The notes beneath the pieces are model-generated. The model searched no databases. It was not told where the DNA came from and saw only the letters and a program-made list of their open reading frames with translations. Both the position numbers and the translations under genes were made by a program. From contig NC_043001.1 in NCBI RefSeq assembly GCF_006345805.1, forward strand, positions 117,304,001 through 117,368,000: a stretch of 64,000 bases of DNA. Reading direction: 5' to 3'. The DNA comes from Octopus sinensis (Eukaryota). Shown piece by piece: positions 53,414-64,000 of this stretch; positions within the stretch are counted from its first letter, which is position 1; each line of letters opens with the position of its first letter.

Positions 53414-53478
53414 TCACTGCATGGAATAGAACTCGGAAAGTTTGGGTTAGTAGCCTGCGCTCTTAACCACTACACCAT
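53226..53478 (-). mobile_element. tRNA-headed SINE-like element carrying a hammerhead (family S4 here)
   Basis: A box TGGTGTAGTGG, B-box-like GAGTTCTATTCC, (AAT)n spacer, hammerhead, and a short TGTAAATAA-repeat tail. Confidence 0.75.
53284..53327 (-). ncRNA. Minimal type I hammerhead ribozyme motif
   Basis: ACAC-CTGATGA-A-GGCTG-gagggtatat-CAGCC-GAAA-CG-TT-GTGT: palindromic ACGT stem III, GUU triplet, one extra A after A9. Confidence 0.8.
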
Positions 53479-53496
53479 ATATATATATATATATAT

Positions 53497-53618
<122 letters not shown>

Positions 53619-53684
53619 CATATATATACAGACAGACATAAATACATGCATACATACATACATACATATACATACATACATACA

Positions 53685-53717
<33 letters not shown>

Positions 53718-54740
53718 GTATGTGTATGCATATGTATATAAGTTTGTGTATATGTATGTGTAGATATAATTATTGACGAATTAAACCAATTAGCCGAGAA
53801 TCTAATACAAGTTCCCAGACAATTTTAAGTCTTGACTCTATCCACAATCTGTTCGTGTGCAATAACCCCAGTAATTAGATTTATCCTAAATTTAAGCCGA
53901 TAATTGAATTAAATGTTGTTGTCATCGCTGGGAAACCCTAAATTAAACAACATTATTATTCGCTGATTCAAGAGCGAATAGGCTCTTGAAGATTTTATCA
54001 AGATTACAATATACAGAAGTTTTTGGTCTTGATTTATTTGTTTTTATTGTCGAGCTTCACGATGCCTCCATCACATGTTGTGTTCTAAACGAGATGTTTT
54101 TGAGCCAACGAGGAATCTTCTACGGGACCCTGCAAGAAATAGCAACTAAATTTCCTTCAAATCACACATTCTATCATCTTAAAAAAAGGAAGGACTCGTT
54201 TAAATGATTTAATACAAAATGTTCTATGTTTGACCAAAAGGCGGTGTGGTCGACAGTGGCCTGATAACCCATCATGGTACCAGGAAGCATAGGCATTTCT
54301 AGGGCCCCTACCTCAATTAACAAGCATTATAAGTGGAAAGAAATATTGCACCCCTTCACAGCTGCATCCTAAAGCGACTCAACGCTCATCTCTATCTCCT
54401 GCTATGTCTTTGATAGCAGGGAAGATATGATTTAATCATAGGTCGTTCGATCAGTGTTAACCTGGGGATAATCAAAGAATATTTATATACGTACATGCAA
54501 ATATGTATATATGCATCTATACAAATATGTGTATACATGCATGCACACACACACACACGCACGCACACACATATCCCGTAGTATGTTTTGATACAATTCA
54601 CTTTACCAGAAGTTTTAGATTCAGTTCCGTTTAACTTTCCACTCGTATATTCATGTTGTACTATGGCTGTATTAATCGAGCAGGACAAGCTAGATGTGCG
54701 TGAGAGAGAGAGGGATTTTGTGTGTGTGTGTATGTATATA

Positions 54741-54811
<71 letters not shown>

Positions 54812-54815
<4 letters not shown>

Positions 54816-56114
54816 GAGGTACCTAAAAGTAACCGGAAACGTTCTCTGTAGGACAAGCCGTTGTAGTTTAGGCTTCCACTGCTAGAAGACACTTGATGTA
54901 ACACTCAGGCATCATTACGCCGACCGCTGTTATCCAGTGAAGTTATATTGTCACGTAGTGCATCTTAGTTTTGGAGTGCTTCTCCCCTGTTCGTCGATTT
55001 TTGCGATTGTTGAAACGAAGGAACAGCATGCTTCCGTGAAATTTTGTTATCTGTCGGGAAAAACGGCGATCGAAACAGTGTCGTGCCACAAACAGCTTAC
55101 TGCGACACTGCCATGAGCAAAACACAAGTTTACGAGTGGTTTTAACACTTTAGGAATGGTCTCTTGTCGCTTGAAAATTAACCTCGTTAAGAGCGACTGT
55201 CGGCCTCCCGAACGAATGAAAACGTCATGAAAATTCATTAACTGATCTTGGAGGACCGTCACCAAACAATTGACGAACTTGTTGGTACAACTCATGTGTC
55301 CTGCAGCTCCTGCCAATGAATTTTGGGCGAGAATTGCGAATGAGAAAAGTTGCGGCAAAATTTGTGCCTCACTTACTCACGGAAGATCAAAAGCAGTCAT
55401 GACTGAATGCGTGTCATGAACTGAAAGAACAGTTGGTATTGATCCGGATATTCTTTGAAGGTCATCACTGGTGATGAAAGCTGTTACTAATGCTACGACC
55501 CGAAATCAAGTCAATGAAAGCATTCAATGTCACCCCGCCCCCCAAAAGTGTGTCAAGGGAAGTCCAATGTCAAGACGAAGGTGGTCGTTTAATCGATGCG
55601 AAAGGAATTGTCCACACAGTTTTTTTCTTCCTGGTCAAACTGTTAACCAGGCATTTTACTTAGCAGTTCTGAAGCGTTTGCGAAACGCGGTGAGACGAAA
55701 ATGCCACGACCTGTGGCAAAGTGGAGAGTGATGGTTTCATCATGACAATGCCCCCGCGCGGACAACACCTTGAGTGTGAGACAGTTTTTGACCAAAAATG
55801 GCATGAGCCCCCCCCCTCCTTTACCTATTCCTCCGATTTTGTTCCTTGCGATTTCTTTTTGCTCTCTCGAATGAAAAAGTCCTTAAAGGAAAATGCTTTG
55901 TAGATGTGGAAGAGGTGAAGAAAAAAACGACGGAGACGTTAAAAGGTATTATTTCGCAAGAGCTCCAGGACTGCTTCGAACGGTGGAAAACGCGTCTGGA
56001 CCGATGCATTCCTTCAAATGGAGAATACTTTGAATGCGGTAAAACTGTAAACATATAAAAGTAAGTGAATAAAATAATGTTGCAAAATTCCGGTTTCTTT
56101 TGGGTACACCCTCG
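54812..56114 (+). mobile_element. Full-length (1303 bp) but disabled mariner element
   Basis: ~28-bp imperfect TIRs flanked by TA; ITGDES, HHDNAP and YSSDFVPCDFFL motifs; several stops and frameshifts. Confidence 0.9.
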
Positions 56115-56254
56115 TATATATATATAACGGGAAGCCTTATGAAAATAGACAAAAGACGAAGGCAGGTTTACGGAAATAACAAAAGACGAAGCCAGGTGAA
56201 TACAAACAAACAATTGTATTAGTATGGCGCTCAGAAATATAAATAAAACAAGTA

Positions 56255-56286
56255 TTTAACGTTCGAGACTACGCTCTTCACAGAAA
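56255..56286 (-). ncRNA. Degenerate hammerhead motif
   Basis: TTT-CTG(-)TGA-A-GAG-cgtagt-CTC-GAA(-)-CG-TT-AAA: two core adenines are missing. Confidence 0.35.
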
Positions 56287-56315
56287 GATAAGATAAACAC
56301 AGAGAAGAAACACAG

Positions 56316-56361
<46 letters not shown>

Positions 56362-56365
56362 TATT

Positions 56366-56396
<31 letters not shown>

Positions 56397-56525
56397 TATA
56401 CATATATTATATATACTATAGATACATATATATAATATATATACATATATATATATGATATATCATATTATATATATCATATATTTATATATATATATCA
56501 TATATATATAATTATATATTATATA

Positions 56526-56559
<34 letters not shown>

Positions 56560-56899
56560 CTATATATATAATATATATATATATTATAGATATATATATA
56601 TAATATATATATATTATATATGTTGTTGCTACAAATGTGTCGTGTGCGCGCGTTTGTCGACATATGTATGATGTGTACATGTATGAGGATCTGGAAGAGT
56701 TTTTTTCCGAACCGTATTTACAGATTCTACTGCAGATGCCATCACGTAAGTTCTATTAAAATAATTGTTAAGTTCAATTCAACAAACTATACGGCAGAAC
56801 AGTAAAATAAACTATACGACAGAACAGCTCAACAAACTGTACAATAGGACAGTTCAGCAAATTCTTTGGAAATGAGTTAAACAAACATTATTCTTTTCT

Positions 56900-57306
56900 A
56901 CTCGAGGCACAAGGCACGAAATTTTTGGGGAGGAGGCCAGTCAATTACATCGACCACAATACCCAACTGGTACTTAATTTATCGACCCTGAAAGGATGAA
57001 AGGCAAAGTCGACCTAAGCAGAATTTGATCTCAGAACGTAAAGACAGACGAAATACTGCTAAGCATTTCGCCCGGTGTGCTAAAGTTTCTTATTTCTTTA
57101 CTGCCCACAAGGGGCTACACAGAGGAGACAAACGGATTAATTCGATTATATTGACCCCAGTGAGTAACTGGTACTTATTTAATCGACCCCGAAAGGATGA
57201 AAGGCAAAGTCGACCTCGGCGGAATTTGAACTCGGAACGTAACGGCAGACGAAATACGGCTAAGCTCTTCGCCCGGTGTGCTAAAGTTTCTGCCAGCTCG
57301 CCGCCT
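56900..57306 (-). mobile_element. Nested/dimeric S2 SINE
   Basis: Two S2 bodies; GCCCGGTGTGCTAAAGTTTCT is duplicated at the junctions. Confidence 0.85.
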
Positions 57307-57594
57307 TGTTAAACAAACATTATTGTAAAACAAATAACCTGGTTTTGCAAACATATAGTCCAATTCTTCAGTAAAGTCGAGAATCAGTCGAATGAATTAA
57401 CTGTGTACTCGAATGTTAGAAAAACAGTAACGGTGGCGGTGGTGGACCATTTTAGTTGAATAAATAAATTGAGATAAGATAAAACAAACAACAAATGAAG
57501 AGCATTGAAGCATACGGCTGTCGGAGGTAGACGTAGTAAATGATATTGTTAACACGTACACTCACCACGTATGTGACTATATAGTACATGTATT

Positions 57595-57706
<112 letters not shown>

Positions 57707-57778
57707 GTGTCTGTCTGTCTGTCTGCATCTCTCTCTCTCTCTCTCTTGATACATACATACATACATATATGTATGTGT

Positions 57779-57878
<100 letters not shown>

Positions 57879-57894
57879 ATATATATATATCAAC

Positions 57895-58062
57895 ATCAAG
57901 GAACGGCCATGATAGGCCATTCACCCACTAGAAATAACAGCCAAATTACAGGGTAAATGTTTTTTAAATTTTCTCCTGTTTACGGAATTAATCTTTATTT
58001 GCGGTTGAAGCTTTGGCTGTTATTTCTAGTGGGTGAATGGCCTATCATGGCCGTTCCTTGAT
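57895..58062. repeat. Perfect 51-bp inverted repeat with a 66-bp spacer
   Basis: 57895-57945 is the exact reverse complement of 58012-58062. Confidence 0.9.
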
Positions 58063-58614
58063 TGTTGATGTTGAACTTAAAAATGGTCTATGACTATTTA
58101 ATTTTTTCCCACTAGGCCGCTGGTGGCAATAAGAATTCTACAAAATTTTTTCTGCCACCCTATATTGATTAATTATATATATATATATATATATATAATC
58201 TTTTACTTGTTTCAATCATTAGACTGCGGCCATGCTGGAACACCGCCGTGAAAAAGTTTTAACGAATGAATCGACATCACTACTTTTATTTTTTTAATCC
58301 TGACACTTATCTTATCGGTCTCTTGTGCCGAACCGCTAGAAAAAGGGGACATAAACGCACTAACACCGAATGTGAAGCAATGGCGGGACGGACACACACA
58401 TACGTACACACACACGCACACACATATGAGGGCTTCTCTCAGTTTCCGTCTACCAAACCCACTCACAAGGCTTTGCTCACCCCGAAGCTATAGTAAAAAA
58501 CAGCCCGGAAGCATATGATTGAGAAGCAAACTTCTTACTACACACCCACCATACCACACACACACACCACACACACACCACACACACACACCACACGACA
58601 CACACACACACACA

Positions 58615-58646
<32 letters not shown>

Positions 58647-58708
58647 TAAAAGAGTTTGAAAACGCCACTGAAAAACGCACTATATAAGAAATTTAATTTT
58701 CTTAGAAA

Positions 58709-58753
58709 TTTACATGTTTCGGTTCTTCTTGAAAAAAACGAACCTTATCAAAA
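58709..58753 (-). ncRNA. Minimal type I hammerhead motif, U3-A8 core variant
   Basis: TT-TTGATAA-GGTTC-loop-GAACC-GAAA-CATG-TA-AA: perfect 5-bp stem II, palindromic ACATGT, weak 2-bp stem I. Confidence 0.6.
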
Positions 58754-59331
58754 ATATTTTAAAAAGTTAAGTGTAATAAAAAAGTTCATAATTGTTTCTT
58801 ACTAGTCTCAGCAGAATCCATGTGGTGTTTTTTTGTGGGGGAGAGCATAATAGCGGTCTTGTGTGTTGACTAAAGTTGGGGAAATGACCAGTGGCCGAAA
58901 TAGCAGTAGTAGCAGTGACTATATATATATATAAAGAGGAACACGTTTAGTTTTCTTATCTATACATACATATTTATATATACACGTGTATGTATATGCA
59001 GGCGTGGCTATGTGGTAAATAACTTGCTTCCCAACCACATGGTTCGGGGTTTAGACCCACTGCGTGAGACCTTGCTCAAGTATCTCCTACTATAGCCTCG
59101 GGCCGACCAAAGCCTTGTGAGCAGATTTGGTTGACGGAAACTGAAGGAAGCCCGTCGTGTATATATATATATATATATATTCATATAAATACAGTGTACA
59201 TTTAAACACATAAGTAGTATCCATCATAGGATTCCTGGCACACTAGAAGGAACAGCTAGCTAAAGTCCAAACCACTATTAGGGATAAAAAGTCGAAGGGA
59301 ATGAAAAATAAAAACATTTACCATCTATATC

Positions 59332-59398
59332 CTGGACCATGGTTTCAGGCTTTTTTTAGCAAATAAAATAATTTGTTAGGCGAAGTCTTCATCAACAG
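59332..59398 (-). ncRNA. Hammerhead motif, second copy of the CCATGG family (element 59220-59448), with U3.G8 core
   Basis: CTG-TTGATGA-AGACTT[..TAACAAAT..ATTTGCTA..]AAGCCT-GAAA-CCATGG-TC-CAG. Flanks align with 29861-30094. Confidence 0.7.
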
Positions 59399-60279
59399 AT
59401 ACACCTAGATTAAACATATAAGTACGAGGCAACTCCAGCATGTACCTCTTGATTATAACTTGGTCCCACCTGCAAGGTCATGCGCTGTTTATCTTGATAT
59501 GAGATCACCGTGTCGCGCACATATGGTTGTGATGCATTTGCCTGGTGTACCCTTATCAGACGGGTAGTCATGATGGGTATACTGGGCTTTGTATATTTTA
59601 CCCCAGTGTCACTTTGATGGCATGCACTGCTCTCTCACTTAATAATAATAATTATAATAATAACGATACGTAATAAATCAATTTTTTTCCTTGGCTCCTT
59701 GAATTAGAAGCCTCGGGTTAAACACTCTTCTGCTGTTGTGAAGAAAATATCATAATTTCCATTTTGAAGCACGAAAATAAAGCACGTAATGTGAAAAGAC
59801 AGACTATTTACCACGGTCAGCTCACCCTAGATTCAGTCAATCTTTTAATAATTGTCTTTGAGGTGTATCGAAAGTCATGGCGGATAGGAAATGGAATGGA
59901 ACTCTTTTAAATTTAAATGACAATTCATTTGGCTTCAGAGATAGGCAATTTCTGTGACCTCCGGGACATGGGCATTACAATTTCGACAGTGAATTTTTAT
60001 GTTATAGAGTCATTCTTGAAGAATCATGTGATTTAGCAAGCATTTTGCGTTCATGCTCGAGGAGTCTTCATCTGTCAATGTTGCTGAGATAATACTGACG
60101 CAATATAATTATTTAATGTAGTATTCATTATTTTATTTCATATCATAATATTTCGGCAAATATCTCTCTTTACTCTTTTACTCGTTTACTTCGATGACTA
60201 AAAGTGATTTGTGAAAATGAAACAATCGTAATATGCAATAAAGCGTATTTGCTCAATCCATCTTTCTTGTTCACATTTC

Positions 60280-60324
<45 letters not shown>

Positions 60325-60493
60325 ATGTATGTATGTATGTATGTATGTATGTATGTATGTATGTATGTGTGTGTATGGGTGTGTGTATACGTATGTATGT
60401 ATAGATGTATTATATATATATGTATATATACACACATATACATACACATAATGATATACAACAGCATATATAATATATATATAATATATATAT

Positions 60494-60525
<32 letters not shown>

Positions 60526-60544
60526 ACATATACATGTATATATG

Positions 60545-60576
<32 letters not shown>

Positions 60577-60896
60577 TAATAATAATAATATAATAATAAT
60601 AATAATAATACTAATATAATAATATAATAATAATATAATAATAATAATAATAGGGAGTAGGCTCCAAACTTACAGGGAAAAGTTAGATTTAGTATTAAAT
60701 CAAATTTCACAGTATAAATATATAAAATATGAATTAGAGATAAAACCACTATTAGGCAGCTCACACAGTGGTAGACATAACCCATACATAAATAACAAAT
60801 AATATAAATATAATTAATATAATATATATATATATCAAATTTGTTTTTGAAAAAGTATAAAAAGGATTATAAATATAATATAATAAGTAATAAGTA

Positions 60897-61318
60897 ATCC
60901 CACATCTTTGAGCAGGGCCTTAAACTCAATTCAGACGGGTATGTAAAGCTGTTGGAGACTGTTGTCAAACTCTGGTAGGAGAAAGTGGCTGCTGGAAGGC
61001 CATATGTGTGTCAGCAGGATTCGGCTTCTTGTCTATCCTCTACGTGAAAAGATTCAGAAGTGGTTGTCGGAGAAGTTCTACGACTTCACCATTACCAATT
61101 TCTGGCCTCCTACTTCCCTCGAATGTAATTCCGTAGATTACCATGTGTGGGACGCGGTTGAGAAAGACATTAGCTGCTCTGCTTTCAACGCCAAAACCAA
61201 GCTGGTGGTTAAGACGTGTTCGAAGATCTCCCCAGGGTCACAGTGAAGAAAGCAGGCGTTAGGTTCCGGAGCCGTCTTAAGGCCGTTGTGAAAGCTGTGG
61301 GTGGCTACTTTGAGTAAG
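60897..61318 (+). mobile_element. Tc1/mariner (maT/DD37D-like) transposase C-terminal fragment
   Basis: PHIFEQGLKLNSDGYVKLL..YVCQQDSA..IQKWLSE..FWPPTSLECNSVDYHVWDAVE..FRSRLKAVVKAVGGYFE*. Confidence 0.8.
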
Positions 61319-62689
61319 ATGTTACCCCCTAGTCATAATCTAGTTGTTATTTTTGATTTCTTAGAAATACTTTTATTTTTGGATGAGATATTATAGTTTC
61401 TTTTCATTTTATGTTACATACAGGGTGTTCCCACTAAAATTTGATGGCTTCCAATCCTCCATGGCAGTTAACTTTTTCTCAAATACAACTTACAACACCG
61501 TAGGCTGTTCACCTGTTCACCTGTTCATCAAGCTGTTTTTGAAAAGGAGAAGCACAAAACGTCAATTTTAGCCCAAACTACAATTCGTGTATACATAAAA
61601 ACAATAGAATGTTGTTTCAGGAATATTTGGCTGCTGTTTCTAGCAGGTTTAATTAAAATTTAGATATCTCCCCCGTTGGCTCACCCCTGCCCCCCCTCCT
61701 CATACACTCACACAAGGTATCATGCAGCAATTTGAGGGAAATTTAACTGCATCTTTTAACTGGTCGAAATAACACGTCTCCTCCCAAATAAACATACATT
61801 AGACAGTATGATGATTTGGATGCTGACTGGGGGCTGATTCGACTGCTATTTCTAACAAATTGAAGTATCGCATAGACGTCTTCCTCGTCAGCTCAGACAT
61901 ACATACATACATACATACATACATACATACATTCATACATACATACATACATACATGCATACATACATACATACATACATACATACATTCATACATACAT
62001 ACATACATACATACATACACACACACACATACATACATACATACATACATACATACATACATACATACATACATACATGCACACACATACATGCGCGCGC
62101 ACACACACATATATGAGTGTGTGTGTGCGGGGGGTGCTATACAAGAAGTTGGAAAAATTTACTAGGAAGGCCGTCACAATGATGGGAAGTCAATTTAACA
62201 AAACAATTTGGGCCAAGATGGAACAAAATGGCGCAGTCATTGGAAGCACATTGTGATCAGCGATGTGTAACATTTAATAATGTCACAGTGATATGTGTGT
62301 GCGTGTGTGTGTGTGCACTTATATAAAACAGTAGGTCGTGTTTGGGGGCGATTTGTCTGCTACTTCTGTCAGATCTAGCTAGAACATAGAGAGCTCCTGT
62401 ATTGGGCCATACATATAAACATTTGAAAAAATATGAAATGATTTGAAGCAAATTTGACTGCTAATTCTAGTCAAATTGGGAGTTTCTTTATTTTCGTATC
62501 TCCCTCCCTTTATGACGCTTGTTTCAATACATGATGCACTTGTATGGTGTCATTGTAAGTGGAAGATCTAATGTTTCTTTCTTTCTTTTTTATGCACAGG
62601 TGGAATCTACGGAGTTCAAAAGTTCGAAATTCAATGACTTCAGAAAAAAAAATTGCCTGCCAAACGAGGGAGAGGTAAAAATATAAATA

Positions 62690-64000
62690 TCAAAAAGTTC
62701 CCGGAGTAGGTATGGTTAATAAAAAAAAAACAACGTATTCACTTATAAGTTTTAACATCATTTCCTTCGAAATAGTTACTTTACGCAGCAATACACCGGT
62801 GCCAGCGTTCCTGCCACTTTTGGAATCCGCCAGGAAGTCGTTTGCCGTAAGTGAGTCAACCTTCTTATTTCTTTACTACCCACAAGGGGCTAAACACAGA
62901 GGAGGACAAACAAGGACAGACAAACGGATTAAGTCGATTATATCGATCCCAGTGCGTAACTGGTACTTAATTTATCGAACCCGAAAGAATGAAAGACAAA
63001 GTCGACCTCGGCGGAATTTGAATTCAGAACGTAGCAGCAGATGAAATACCTATTTCTTTACTGTCCACAAGGGGTTAAACACAGAGGGGACAAACAAGAA
63101 TAGAAAAACGCATTAAGTCGATTATATCGACCCCAGTGCGTAACTGGTACTTAATTTATCGACCCCGAAGGGGTGAAAGGCAAAGTCAACCTCGGCGGAA
63201 TTTGAACTCAGAACATAACGGCAGACGAAAATACCTATTTCTTTACTACCCACAAGGAGCTAAACACAGAGGGAACAAACAAGGACAGACAAACGGATTA
63301 AGTCGATTATATCGATCCCAATGCGTAACTGGTACTTATTTAATCGAAAGGCAAAGTTGACCTCGGCGGAATTTGAACTCAGAACGTAGCGGCAGACGAA
63401 ACGCCGCAAAGCATTTCGCCCGGCGTGCTAACGTTTCTGCCAGCTCGCCGCCTATGAGTCGACCTTCTGTCGTCGACTTTCTGTCGACGAAGTGAGTCGA
63501 CCTTCTGTCCGTAAGTAAGTGACCTTCTGCGATTTGCTCTGGACCCGACAACAGTGTTTAAACGGCAAGCTTTGAGCTCCATTTTCATCTCGGGGAAGCG
63601 ATGGAAGTCCGCAGGTGTTAAATCTGGTGAATAAGATGGGTGCGGAAGCGATGCCATATTGTTTTGGCGAGAAATTCACGAGTGAGGAGAGCTCGGTGAC
63701 GGTGCATTGTCAGCGTGAAGAATTTAATTCTTCGCGCTGATCAGATCCGGTCGCTTTCACCGAATTTCCTCCCGCAAATGCTTCAAAAGGTCGCAGTAGA
63801 ACTCTCGATTGACAGTCTGGACCTGGGAGACGAATTCTCGATGCACGATATAGCAGATATGGAAAAAAAAAACGATGAGCATGCCCTTGATTGAGCTGTG
63901 GCTCTGTTGTGCCTTCTTCAGTCGTGGAGACCAAAATTTCTTCCACTGTGACGACTGCTGCTCCGTCTCAGGGTCGTACCCGTCAACCCAGCTCTCGTCA
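62690..64000 (-). mobile_element. mariner element (runs off the window end), interrupted by an S2 trimer
   Basis: DESWVDGYDPETEQQSSQW..HADNAP..HPSYSPDLTPADFHRFPEMK. The 3' part resumes below 62866; GAGTC(A/G)ACCTTCT flanks the insert on both sides. Confidence 0.85.
62866..63452 (-). mobile_element. Head-to-tail S2 SINE trimer (185-bp period; only the first unit has the full tRNA head)
   Basis: Unit ends at 62866, 63051 and 63236. Confidence 0.9.

Overview
AT-rich, microsatellite-saturated eukaryotic genomic DNA. The SINE families and (TA)n/(ATGT)n/(AAT)n profile point to an octopod cephalopod, probably Octopus (inference from recognised repeat families). No host exon could be confidently identified, so the window looks intronic or intergenic. 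It is a patchwork of decayed mobile elements: about 11 R4/Dong-clade (RLE) LINE fragments mostly abutting (TAA)n, RTE and L2/CR1-like LINEs, a Neptune-type Penelope-like element (PLE), Helitrons, four mariner copies plus a maT-like fragment, MITEs/palindromes and at least four tRNA-headed SINE families. The least expected signal is a dispersed set of ten minimal type I hammerhead ribozyme (HHR) motifs, intact or decayed, in several unrelated short non-coding elements. These include (i) a ~230-bp family with compensatory stem changes between copies, (ii) two U3-A8 core variants, (iii) a tRNA-headed SINE carrying an HHR, and (iv) two fold-back palindromes built around an HHR. All sit near a PLE that could mobilise them. 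Other leads are an RTE 3' end whose triple-C2H2 tail stays open behind a good splice acceptor, a CRE/ETS motif cluster, and a partial HDV-like fold at a Dong 5' end. Everything was read by eye: element boundaries are approximate (about +/-10-20 nt), and some indels may be assembly errors.
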